Below are positions 46,703-55,651 of a stretch of 64,000 bases of DNA, piece by piece (the stretch's first letter is position 1; each line of letters begins with the position of its first letter). The notes under the pieces are model-generated. The model was not told the origin of the DNA. It was given only the letters and a program-made list of their open reading frames with translations, and did no database searches. The stretch covers positions 1 to 64,000 of IMG/VR virus record IMGVR_UViG_3300035703_000059. One strand, written 5' to 3'. The translations under genes were made by a program, and so were the position numbers. Origin of the DNA: a virus.

Positions 46703-47746
46703 CTACCGGCGCATCGAACCAAGCGCCTTCGCCAGCGCGGCGAACTTGCCAGCCTGCGCGGGAGTCGGCGCCCCCCCGTCGATGACGAACGAGAGCGTCA
46801 TCCACGCGCCTTGCAACGCCGCCTTCTCGACATCCGACAAGCCCGCCGTGATCACGGCCGCTTGCACGGCCATGACAACCGCGCCGATCTCGTCCATCTT
46901 CGGACGGCCGGAACGCGGACCCGTATCGGCCGGAACATCGGCCGAGTCGCCCTTCGATGCCGCCATGCGCTTCGTTTTGAGCGACGGGGCGATCTCGACT
47001 CCCTTCGCTTCGGCAATCGCAGCGTACACGTCACGCGTCGCGATCTTCGCCGCGCCCCCGTCCGTCGTCTTACGCTTCCCGCTTTCGTCCGTCGCCAGCG
47101 CAACGGCCGCCTTCTGACGTGCAGCCGTGAGGATCGCGTTTTGATCTTCGTGTGGACGCGTAGAAAGCTCCGCGCCCGAAGTCGTCGACAATTCGCCAGC
47201 GTTGACGGCCGCTTTGATCTCGTCGCTCGCCTTGTCGAGAATGTTGAGGAGATCCTTCAGCCCGTCCACCTTGCGGCCCATAGCGCGGGCCACGTCCGCC
47301 TTCGATTTCCCGGCCGCCAGCGCCGCCTTCGCCGCACGGGCCTGTGCCATGATCGAAGGCGCCATGCGAACGGCGTTCAATTCGTGCGAGAGAAGGACGC
47401 TATCGATGTCCGACTTCGGCGCCGCCTTCACCTTGAACGGGATCGTCTTTCGTCCGGCTTCGATAGCGTGCAACGTCCGGCGCCGGCCGTCCTCCACTTC
47501 AAGCCGGCCCTCTTCGTTCACGAACACGATCACGTCGAACATGACGCCGTGCTTCTTGATCGAAGCGAGCGTCACCGGGTCAATCGGATAGGCCGAAAGG
47601 TCCGCCCGTTCGTCGTAACGCGGATGTGCCGCGTCCGTCACGATGAACAATTCCTTCGGATCGATCTCGCCACGGAACCCAACCGGGAAACGCTCGCTCA
47701 TCGAAGCCTCCACCGAAACAGTCTCGTTCTTCTTCGCAGCACCCAT
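46703..47746 (-). CDS. ParB-like protein (ParB N-domain plus HTH)
   Basis: LASIKKHGV...LEVEDGRRR arginine patch...ELNAVR, followed by HTH SKADVARAMGRK. Confidence 0.8.
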   Translation of the reverse strand: MGAAKKNETVSVEASMSERFPVGFRGEIDPKELFIVTDAAHPRYDERADLSAYPIDPVTLASIKKHGVMFDVIVFVNEEGRLEVEDGRRRTLHAIEAGRKTIPFKVKAAPKSDIDSVLLSHELNAVRMAPSIMAQARAAKAALAAGKSKADVARAMGRKVDGLKDLLNILDKASDEIKAAVNAGELSTTSGAELSTRPHEDQNAILTAARQKAAVALATDESGKRKTTDGGAAKIATRDVYAAIAEAKGVEIAPSLKTKRMAASKGDSADVPADTGPRSGRPKMDEIGAVVMAVQAAVITAGLSDVEKAALQGAWMTLSFVIDGGAPTPAQAGKFAALAKALGSMRR

Positions 47747-47779
47747 CGAAGCCTCCTCGCCGCGAATCGCGGCTTCCTG

Positions 47780-47962
47780 TTAGATCGAGAAATCCAGATC
47801 GGACCCGCCACCGAAAGCCGAGAAGTCGACTCCCGCTTGAGCGCAAGCCCGCACGAACCCGGCCGGGTCCGTCGCCCACATCCTACGAAAAAGCTCTACC
47901 CACGAAAGATTCGGGTCGGCCGCGATGTCCGCCTCCCCGAAAGAATCCGATACGTTCGCCAT
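47780..47962 (-). CDS. Small acidic first ORF of the early operon
   Basis: 60 aa, first ORF downstream of the tandem promoters. Confidence 0.5.
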   Translation of the reverse strand: MANVSDSFGEADIAADPNLSWVELFRRMWATDPAGFVRACAQAGVDFSAFGGGSDLDFSI

Positions 47963-47982
47963 AATTCACCCCGTATGAAAAA

Positions 47983-48028
47983 CCGTCCTATCGGCGGCCC
48001 GTCCGAAAACCGGCCGCCGATAGGACGG
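47983..48028 (-). promoter_or_regulatory. Perfect 17-bp inverted repeat (attenuator/terminator or processing hairpin)
   Basis: CCGTCCTATCGGCGGCC-12 nt-GGCCGCCGATAGGACGG, followed by TTTTT on the - strand. Confidence 0.65.
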
Positions 48029-48724
48029 GGCGCGCGTCACCACGCGCGCCACGTCCCTTGATTTGCTTTCCCCGTTCACTCTACCGATAACAGAGGCGAC
48101 GCGCCGTGAGGCTTCCCGATTGGGGCCGCTTGTTCCGATAGTGCCGACGTTACAGAGGCGGATTTCTAGTAGAGGGATCCGCTTGTCGCGACAACGTGCC
48201 TTCGATACTTGACGCTCGATTGACCGACGGGAGGCGACCGACAAGCGCGCCGGGAAAATTCACCGGGCGCCGTTCGCGCTTCTCGCCACCTATCGAGCGC
48301 TTCGCATAGGGAAAGGCTAAAGGGCTTCTATTCGGACCCGCTTCTTCCGCGCGGGTCGCACGATCCGATTCGGACCGTTTTCGTTTTCAGCGCGCCCCCC
48401 TTAGTAGCCTTCGGGGGGGCTTCCTTCTCTATCCCGTTCCGATTCGACACCCCGCGAAGAGGGGGGTGCGCTCGGACCCGATCTAGAGCCTTCGTGACGG
48501 GCAACGGTCCCGTCTTTCGCGCGTCGAATACGCGTCTACTGTATGCAATCGAAGGCTTCGATTGGGTCGCGCGGCTGGCCCGTCCTAAGACGGCGCTTCG
48601 CGCTTGCCTTTCGCGAATCGTTCGACTCCGTTTCCGGTCCGATAGCCTTTCGGCCGATTCGTGCCTTCGATTGTCCGGGGGGCCGGACTAGCAAGCCCCC
48701 CCTTCGTCTAACCTTTCGTCCCTC

Positions 48725-48754
48725 AGTATAGTGCGAGAGGGGTCAAGGTGTCAA
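48725..48754 (-). promoter_or_regulatory. Near-consensus sigma70 promoter P2
   Basis: TTGACA-18 nt-TATACT on the - strand. Confidence 0.8.
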
Positions 48755-48811
48755 GCCCTTTTCGTCTTACCGTCGGGGGCCGTCGTTCAAGCCCCCCAAT
48801 CTTTCCCGCTT

Positions 48812-48840
48812 AGTATATGCGAGAGGGGGCGCGGCGTCAA
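48812..48840 (-). promoter_or_regulatory. Near-consensus sigma70 promoter P1
   Basis: TTGACG-17 nt-TATACT on the - strand. Spacer CCCCTCTCGCA is shared with P2. Confidence 0.8.
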
Positions 48841-49151
48841 GCCCCTTTCGCTCTTTTTTCGGTCCCCCGCCTAGCAGGGCGGACCGTCGAACGTGAAAGA
48901 GTATGCCACGGGGCGCCCCCTTACGCAAGTAAAAAAAGAAGCCCCCTTGTCGATTCCGGCCGGACGGGGCCAGGGCGCGCCCCCCCTCGCATGATTCTAG
49001 GAATAGAGGCAAATCGATAGGGGGCGCAGTAACTGCGAAAGGACGGCATTATCGGCCCTCTCTCGCATGAAACCTGGGGGCGCGGGGGCCGGGTCCGGGG
49101 GGCGCGGGGGGCCGGACGGCCGGACGGCCGGGTCGCGCGCGCGGAGAAACG

Positions 49152-49180
49152 AAAAACCCCGCGAGCTTTCGCTCGCGGGG
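49152..49180 (-). terminator. Intrinsic terminator of the replication operon
   Basis: Stem CCCCGCGAGC-gaaa-GCTCGCGGGG followed by TTTTT on the - strand. Confidence 0.85.
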
Positions 49181-49209
49181 GCAGGGCGCAACGCCCTTTT
49201 CTCAATCAA

Positions 49210-49485
49210 TCAGCGCCAGAATCCCAGCGGCATCGATGGCGCGTCGCCGCCCGCCTCTGCCTCTGTCTCCGCCTTCTTGGGACGGTCGATCTTCGTCAAG
49301 CTGGGCGCTGGCCGCTTGTCCGTGAGAATGACCCACGCATCGATTCCCACTTCCGGCAGGCCGCGCTCCCGATGAAGCTGGTCGAGCTTCTTCGCCGGGA
49401 CGCGCCCCTCGTCGATCCACTTCTGAATCGTGCGGCGCGAAACGCCCCACATCTGCGACGCCTGCGATACCGTCAACTGCGCCAT
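49210..49485 (-). CDS. Excisionase/MerR-type HTH protein
   Basis: LTVSQASQMWGVSRRTIQKWIDEGRVPA. Confidence 0.85.
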   Translation of the reverse strand: MAQLTVSQASQMWGVSRRTIQKWIDEGRVPAKKLDQLHRERGLPEVGIDAWVILTDKRPAPSLTKIDRPKKAETEAEAGGDAPSMPLGFWR

Positions 49486-49495
49486 CGGTCACTCC

Positions 49496-51163
49496 CTATC
49501 CACGTTGAATCACGGTCCATCCCGACGGCACCGACGTCGGCCCCACCGGAGACGTCAGTATAACTTGATGAGGGGACTCGCCAAGGGCGGTCATCACCTC
49601 GCAGAGCGTCGCCGGATCGAACGCGCGCTCTTCGGGGATGACGCACGCGTACTGCCCTTCGGTGACGCACGCCGCCGCGAGCGCCGCCATGACCCGCGCC
49701 CACTCGGCACCCGACAACGCCGTGTGCAGGTGTCCGCCGCGCACCAGACCGAACTGGACGACCTCGCGCTCGCCGTCCCGCAATCGAAGGTCGAACACGT
49801 CGCCGACGGGCAGATTGGCTTGCACCCGCGCGACGAACGACTCCAGCGCCTTCACCAGCAGGGCGCCCATCGCGAGGTCGAGCGCCCCCTTGAGTTCGGC
49901 CCACTCGCCGGCCTGCCGCTCGGCGTCCAGCGCGGTCTTCTGCGCCGTCTGCGCGGTCTGCCATGCCGCCGCGCGGGTCTGAAGCTCGGTGAGGTGCGCC
50001 GCTGCCGCCTCCTGCGCCTTGCGGGCCTCTTCGACGGACTCCAGCGGATCGCGGTCGCCATCAACGACCTTCTCCGCGTCCGCCGCCGATGCCTCCAGCG
50101 CCTCGACGTCACCTATCGCCCGCTCGGCCGCCGCCCGCGCCTTGTTCGCCAGCGACTCGGCCTCGGCGTAGGCGGCACGCGCTGCCGCGCTCTGCTTGCG
50201 GTACTCGGCGATGGCTTCGTGGTTCGCCCGAATCGGCCCGACCAGCGCGCCCCCGCAGACCAGACACTCCCCGGCGTCAATCGACAACTCGCACACCGAC
50301 GACACCCGCGCGAGGTTCGCGTCGTTGTCGGAGGGCTTTTCCAGCGCGTCAAGCTGCGTCTGGCGCTCTTGGAACAGCGCGATCAGCCGCTCCGCCTCGG
50401 CGCGCGCCGTCTCCAGCCGCTCCGCCGTCCGGCCCATGCCATCGAAGGCTTGCTGCGCGGCCATGACCTCGACGAGCCGCTTCTGCGCCTCGGACGCCGC
50501 CTTCTTCGCCGCCTTGATCTCGGAGTCGGTCGGCGGCGCGTTCGCGCCCCCCGTCACCAGCGCCGCCGCGCCCTTCGCCGCCTTCGCCTCGGCCGTCAGC
50601 GACCGCGCCCCCGCGCCCGCCGCCTCCAGAGCCGCCACCAGCGCGTCCGCCGGCAGGATGTCGCGTGGCAACGTCCCCAGCACCTTTTCCAGCGTCTCGC
50701 GGAGATGGGACGGAACCAGCGAACGCACGTCGTCCAGCGTCAAATCGCCCGACGCCTTCGCCAGCAGGTACTTCCGCGCCGTTTGCGGACTCCCCAGCAC
50801 CGCCTCCCGCAAGCTGCGGATGGGCAGCACGTCGGCGTGACAACGATCCGACGGCTTGTCGCCGGTCGCCTTCTTCGCCTTCGCCGTCGACCCCGACGTG
50901 CGGTAGGCCGCGACGACACCGTCGTCGAACGTCGCCAGCGCCTCCAGTTCCTTCGCCCCGTTCTGCGCGAGGCTCATCACGTCCACCTCGCGCGCAACGT
51001 CCACCCGACCCGCGATGTCGCTCGCGCGACCGGTCAACGCCAGTTCGACCGTATTGACGATGGTGGATTTGCCCGACCCGTTCGGCCCCACGACGAGAGT
51101 CTTTGCCCCCAACTCGACGTCGCACCCCTTCTTGACGTTACCTTTCACCCCGACGATGTGCAT
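49496..51163 (-). CDS. Rad50/SbcC-like ABC ATPase with coiled coil and zinc hook
   Basis: Walker A GPNGSGKS, central CLVC, signature LSGAE, degenerate Walker B VIPEE-AFD. Confidence 0.85.
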   Translation of the reverse strand: MHIVGVKGNVKKGCDVELGAKTLVVGPNGSGKSTIVNTVELALTGRASDIAGRVDVAREVDVMSLAQNGAKELEALATFDDGVVAAYRTSGSTAKAKKATGDKPSDRCHADVLPIRSLREAVLGSPQTARKYLLAKASGDLTLDDVRSLVPSHLRETLEKVLGTLPRDILPADALVAALEAAGAGARSLTAEAKAAKGAAALVTGGANAPPTDSEIKAAKKAASEAQKRLVEVMAAQQAFDGMGRTAERLETARAEAERLIALFQERQTQLDALEKPSDNDANLARVSSVCELSIDAGECLVCGGALVGPIRANHEAIAEYRKQSAAARAAYAEAESLANKARAAAERAIGDVEALEASAADAEKVVDGDRDPLESVEEARKAQEAAAAHLTELQTRAAAWQTAQTAQKTALDAERQAGEWAELKGALDLAMGALLVKALESFVARVQANLPVGDVFDLRLRDGEREVVQFGLVRGGHLHTALSGAEWARVMAALAAACVTEGQYACVIPEERAFDPATLCEVMTALGESPHQVILTSPVGPTSVPSGWTVIQRG

Positions 51164-51356
51164 TTTCTCTCCCCGATTGCGCTCGACGTAACCCGTCGAG
51201 CAGTAGTGGATGTGGTGACATCCCTTCGCGTAACCAGCGGTAAACCGACCGCTGACTTGCCCCCGTTGCTTTGGCGATCTGATCCATCGTCCAGCCCTTG
51301 TCGAGCAACGCTTGGACGATTTGTGCGGCCTCTTGTGCCTGTGATGTGCGCGGCAT
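51138..51356 (-). CDS. Cro/XRE-like HTH protein
   Basis: GWTMDQIAKATGASQRSVYRWLREG. Upstream TTGACA-17 nt-CATACC at about 51390-51418. Confidence 0.8.
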   Translation of the reverse strand: MPRTSQAQEAAQIVQALLDKGWTMDQIAKATGASQRSVYRWLREGMSPHPLLLDGLRRAQSGRENAHRRGER

Positions 51357-51414
51357 GACGGTACTCCCGGCGAGATTCAATGCCGCGAGGGTATGCCACC
51401 TTCTATTGTACCTG

Positions 51415-51837
51415 TCAAGTGTCAATCCACCATCCGGTGGTGTAGTCCTCTGGATCGTCCACCACAATCTCGACAGCGCGCTCGATCTTCGCCGGCTTGT
51501 TCTCGTCGGCCACCGCGCGCGTCATCACCAGCACCGGGCGCCCCTGCCCCATCGCCGACGACACCACGGCCTGCGTCGCCGCTCCGATGGTCCGGCCGGG
51601 AACCAGAATCGCGTCGTAGAATGGCTGGCGCGTCGACATATCGATTCTCGCCACCACGTCCAGCGCCCACGACTTCCAGCCGCCCGCGCTTGCCGCGTAC
51701 TGGAAATAGTCGTCCCGACCAGAGACGAACGTCGCCTCCCCCAGCCCCTCGTCGTCGAACAGCGCCGCCGCGTCCGCAATCCACGCCGCCGTCTCGGCCT
51801 CGTCCATCGATTTCGGGTGTGCGAAAAAGACCCTCAT
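51415..51837 (-). CDS. Hypothetical protein (nucleoside deoxyribosyltransferase-like fold possible)
   Basis: MRVFFAHP...YDAILV...GRPVLV. Confidence 0.5.
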   Translation of the reverse strand: MRVFFAHPKSMDEAETAAWIADAAALFDDEGLGEATFVSGRDDYFQYAASAGGWKSWALDVVARIDMSTRQPFYDAILVPGRTIGAATQAVVSSAMGQGRPVLVMTRAVADENKPAKIERAVEIVVDDPEDYTTGWWIDT

Positions 51838-52136
51838 CAGTCGTCTCCCCGGTTGATCAACGTCACCGCGTCCTCGGCCCCCGACTCCAACTCCGCGATG
51901 CGCTCGGACAATTGCGCCACAATCGCGCGGTACGTCTCAATCTGGTGTTGCACCGGGTCGGGGCAGTCGTCGGTGTATCCCGGCCAATTCACCGCCGAGA
52001 ACTGGTCCGCGCCCCACAGGTAGAGGAAATACTCCCCGAACTCCATCGACTCACACAGCGCGGCCACGATCCGCCCGATGTAGTTCGTCTTCTCCTCATG
52101 CGTCATTCCGTCCGTCACTTCTTTGTCCAGCAGCAT
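51837..52136 (-). CDS. Hypothetical protein
   Basis: Translationally coupled to the polymerase gene. Confidence 0.6.
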   Translation of the reverse strand: MLLDKEVTDGMTHEEKTNYIGRIVAALCESMEFGEYFLYLWGADQFSAVNWPGYTDDCPDPVQHQIETYRAIVAQLSERIAELESGAEDAVTLINRGDD

Positions 52137-54787
52137 CAGACCTCACTCCATCGAAGCCCAATCTTGGGCTTCGCCGCAAAGGACACGTCCGGCAAACCCG
52201 GCACGGTCCGGTTCATCGCTTCCTTGATCATTCGCGCGACCGTGTTCGCATCGCACTCGCACCCCGGCGGGCAGAATCCGAACTCGCGCTCCTTCTCGAT
52301 CACCTTGCCGTCCGCATCCAGCGGCCGGTACTCGTCGTGCGGACACGGCACCTCAAACGTCAACGCGTCGTGGCATTGGTTGACGAGGCCCGTCCCCGGC
52401 CCCCACAACTCGCACTTGAGCGGACCTTCGACGAGGTCGAACGTCGCCATGTGGATGATGTGCGCGCCCGCGCTCTGGACGCCGAAATTGATGATCTCGT
52501 TGAACTTCTCGCCGTCGAGGAAGTCACGCCGACGGCCGAGAACCGGGTCGACGATGTACCCCACCGTCCGATAGGTGTCCAAGCACTCGTCCCACCACTT
52601 CTGAAGCTGCGGAATCTCCCGCAGCCACCGCTTCCGAAGCGTGGCGACTTGATTCAGCGTCAAGTCGGGGTACATCAGCGTGCCGTCCGCGTTCTCCGCG
52701 CTCGTCACCAGCCCATGCACCGTCTCGTCGCCGGAGCCATAGAACGACGCGTAAGCGATGCTCTTCGCGATTTTTCGCAGCTTGTCCCATTGGTCCGACT
52801 TCGGCACCAGCCCGTCGAACTGCTTTCCGAACATCATCGATGCCGTCTGCGCGTGCGGATCGCCGCCAGCCGAAAACGTCTCCAAGTAGCGCGGGATTTG
52901 GGCCACCGACGCGATGATCCGAAGCTCCAACTGGTCCGCGTCCGCGCCCACCAGCACCCGCCCCGGCTCCGCTTTCACCAGCGCCCGCAGGTGCTTCGGG
53001 AAGTTCTGGGCGTTCGGATTCGATGACGACAGCCGGCCCGACGTCGTCCCGTGCGCGTTGTAGTCCGGGTGAATCCGCCCGTCCGGCAGAATGAGGCCGC
53101 GAGCCGCCTCATCCTGCTCGTCCTCGCTGCGAAACTGCACCCCATCGACCGGCTGGCCGTAGGGGACGAGCCGCGTGACGTAGGTGCCGTACTCCTTCGC
53201 CACCTTGCGATACCGTCGCAAGGAATCGATGAACTTCACGATGTTCTCGCGGTCCCGGTTCTGCGTCCGCAGCAGGCGAAGCGACTCGTCCGACGTCGAG
53301 GGGTCGCCCAGCTTCGTCATCTCGGCCGGCGTCAGCCCCCACTTGTCGAAAAGCAGGTCGCGAATCTGATAGGTGCTGTTCGGATTGAGGTTCGGATTCT
53401 CGGCGTTGACGCGCGTCTCCGCGAGGTAGTCGGCGATCTTGACCCGAAGCTCGTCCGACACCTTGTTCCGCAGCGGCCGGTCCACCCACATCCCCGTCCG
53501 ATGCAGGTCCGCGCAAATCGCCTGCACCCGATGGTCGAATCCCACGACGTTTTCCTGCCGCCGCAGCTTCACCGCGTCCGCCAGCTTCGGCATCACGCGC
53601 GCCGTCACCACGCAGTCGACGGCACAGTAGGTCGTCAACTCCTCGTCGGTCTGCGCCACCTCCGCCGTGTGCGCGGCCTTCCATGACGTGACGTCGGTGT
53701 AGACGCTGCCGATGTACCCCAGCTTGTGCGGCAGTTCGCTCTCGACGCTGCGGTGCAAAAGGATGGTGTCGAGGAGCGGCTTCGGCGTGACGCCGAAATG
53801 CTGCTCGATGACGATGCGGTCGAAGTACCCCGCGTTGTGGCCGACCTTCAGCTTCGTGTCATCGATGAAGAAGTCCCGCAGGATGCCCCGCAGCCGCAGC
53901 AGGTCCGACGCGGTGTACCACGGCGGATCGACGAGCGAACCGTTCGGGCCTTCGATGCTCTTGAGCGAGACGACGATGGACGCGTTCTCGTTCGCGATGC
54001 CCACGCACTTGAGTTCCGCGATGAGCGGGTCGTCGAACGTCGTCTCGACGTCGTAGATGTACGGGATGTCCGTGCGCGCGAGGAACGCCTCGACCTCGTC
54101 GGGCGACGGCGTCAAATCGATGTACGGGTGCTGCCAGCCCAGCCCACCCCGGAACCATCGGAACGCGCGTGACAGGTCGCTGCGGAACGCCCGCGTCCAG
54201 CGCCGCGCCCGCAGCACGAACGCGGGGTGCAGCGTCGGCAGCACCTTCACGTCCTTCGGCTTGTCGCCGCCGGTGATGAAGTTCCCGATGACGTCGAACC
54301 GGCCCTCGACCGGGCCACCGCGAATCTCGGTGACGCTCGCCGCCTGCCCCGTCACCGCTTGGAAGGCGATCTTCCCCAGCGTGATGATGTTCTTCGTCTG
54401 GCCGATGTCGTGCATCAGCCTCGGTCGGCAGCAATCGATGGGGTGCGGCAGGGGGTCTTCTTTCGCCGCGATCCGCTTCTTGTTGTCCCGCGACAGCTTC
54501 ACCAGCACGCGGTCCAGTTCGTTCTCTGGTGGCCGGCACGCGAGGGCCGTCGTGATCGAGACGGCGCCGCGCGGGATGCCCACCGCCTTCAGCGACTCGT
54601 TGAACTCGATGCCTGCCGAGTCGACGAGCGGGCGCTGCTCCTCGACGTCCTTCTCACGCGGCGACTCCGTCACGACCACCGCGACAGAACCGGGCCGAAT
54701 CTCGGCCGGGACCGGGACACCCGCGCGCGCCTTTCGCAGAACGCACTCGTCGCATCGCGCGCCGTCGTCTCGCGGGTCGTAGATCAT
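52136..54787 (-). CDS. Family A DNA polymerase with N-terminal family-4 UDG-like domain and 3'-5' exonuclease
   Basis: UDG-like CDEC...TESP...CRPP.N...LHPAFVLR. Exonuclease DVET, HNAGYFD and YCAVD. Polymerase GRLSSSNPNAQN, DQLELR, RKIAKSIAYASFYG and HDAL. Confidence 0.95.
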   Translation of the reverse strand: MIYDPRDDGARCDECVLRKARAGVPVPAEIRPGSVAVVVTESPREKDVEEQRPLVDSAGIEFNESLKAVGIPRGAVSITTALACRPPENELDRVLVKLSRDNKKRIAAKEDPLPHPIDCCRPRLMHDIGQTKNIITLGKIAFQAVTGQAASVTEIRGGPVEGRFDVIGNFITGGDKPKDVKVLPTLHPAFVLRARRWTRAFRSDLSRAFRWFRGGLGWQHPYIDLTPSPDEVEAFLARTDIPYIYDVETTFDDPLIAELKCVGIANENASIVVSLKSIEGPNGSLVDPPWYTASDLLRLRGILRDFFIDDTKLKVGHNAGYFDRIVIEQHFGVTPKPLLDTILLHRSVESELPHKLGYIGSVYTDVTSWKAAHTAEVAQTDEELTTYCAVDCVVTARVMPKLADAVKLRRQENVVGFDHRVQAICADLHRTGMWVDRPLRNKVSDELRVKIADYLAETRVNAENPNLNPNSTYQIRDLLFDKWGLTPAEMTKLGDPSTSDESLRLLRTQNRDRENIVKFIDSLRRYRKVAKEYGTYVTRLVPYGQPVDGVQFRSEDEQDEAARGLILPDGRIHPDYNAHGTTSGRLSSSNPNAQNFPKHLRALVKAEPGRVLVGADADQLELRIIASVAQIPRYLETFSAGGDPHAQTASMMFGKQFDGLVPKSDQWDKLRKIAKSIAYASFYGSGDETVHGLVTSAENADGTLMYPDLTLNQVATLRKRWLREIPQLQKWWDECLDTYRTVGYIVDPVLGRRRDFLDGEKFNEIINFGVQSAGAHIIHMATFDLVEGPLKCELWGPGTGLVNQCHDALTFEVPCPHDEYRPLDADGKVIEKEREFGFCPPGCECDANTVARMIKEAMNRTVPGLPDVSFAAKPKIGLRWSEV

Positions 54788-54790
54788 CGG

Positions 54791-54985
54791 TCAGCCTTTC
54801 GTTCGTTTGGGCGTCCGCCGACAGGGGACGCACATCCCGCTGCGGTTGAAAGCCGCGATGCGGTTTCCACAGCCGGGAATGACGCAGGTCTTTGCGTGGT
54901 TCACACAACCGGCGCAGTAATCGGTCTGCTTGCTAGATCGAAGATTCAGCGTCTTTCCGCAGCCAAGACAGATGGGCGAACGCAT
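54791..54985 (-). CDS. Small Cys-rich zinc-finger protein
   Basis: Four CxxC-like pairs. Confidence 0.6.
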   Translation of the reverse strand: MRSPICLGCGKTLNLRSSKQTDYCAGCVNHAKTCVIPGCGNRIAAFNRSGMCVPCRRTPKRTKG

Positions 54986-54989
54986 CGCC

Positions 54990-55502
54990 TCACCTCGTCA
55001 TCAAGTCGGTGTAGCTGAAGCGCTCTTTGAGGGCTTCGTCGACACCCAGCGGCTCGACGGACAGCTTGATCAACTCGCCGTCGTACAGAAAGATGTGCTT
55101 CGGGACCGTCACGCGGCCCTCGACGAACGCGATGCCGGTGTCGGTGATCCGCCAGTACCCCGCGTGCGGAGAGTCGGTTTCGGTCGGCGAAAGCACGTTG
55201 CCGGTTGCCTCCTCAACGAGTCCCCAATAACGCATCTTGGCGAAATCCCCGCCGCGCGCGGCGCTGAACCGGGGGCCGAGAGACGAGGGAACGTGAATCC
55301 ACTCGCGGATGTCGCCCGCATCCTTGTAGATCTTCCACATCTCGATGAGCGCGCGCGCCATCGCGCTCGTCATGGTCCGCCGGTAGACCTTCGCGAACTG
55401 GTCGCAGCACGGGCAGCGCACTCCGTCATCGATGTTCTGGCGCACCCACTCGCGGGCGCTGTTCAACGTCGTCTCGGTCAGTTCGACCTTCTCGGTTTCC
55501 AT
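54990..55502 (-). CDS. Hypothetical protein with CPCC zinc ribbon
   Basis: METEKV...CPCCDQ...RYWGLVE...GYWRIT. Confidence 0.7.
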   Translation of the reverse strand: METEKVELTETTLNSAREWVRQNIDDGVRCPCCDQFAKVYRRTMTSAMARALIEMWKIYKDAGDIREWIHVPSSLGPRFSAARGGDFAKMRYWGLVEEATGNVLSPTETDSPHAGYWRITDTGIAFVEGRVTVPKHIFLYDGELIKLSVEPLGVDEALKERFSYTDLMTR

Positions 55503-55651
55503 CGTCGCCTCCGATTTCGGACAAAAAAGAGGCCGGCTCGCCCCGCCACCGCTGCCGGCCAACTCGCCCTGTCGGCGAGTACCCTGTGATTGGGGATGTG
55601 GAGAGGGTTCACCCCCGCCGTGCGCTCACCACAAGCGCGGACCTCCCGCTA

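Noticed and set aside
38121-47746. CRISPR array or true integron
   Set aside because: The junction repeats are only 11-16 nt, irregularly spaced and made of stop/RBS/start sequence. I saw no attC-type hairpins, and the recombinase looks Cre-like rather than IntI-like.
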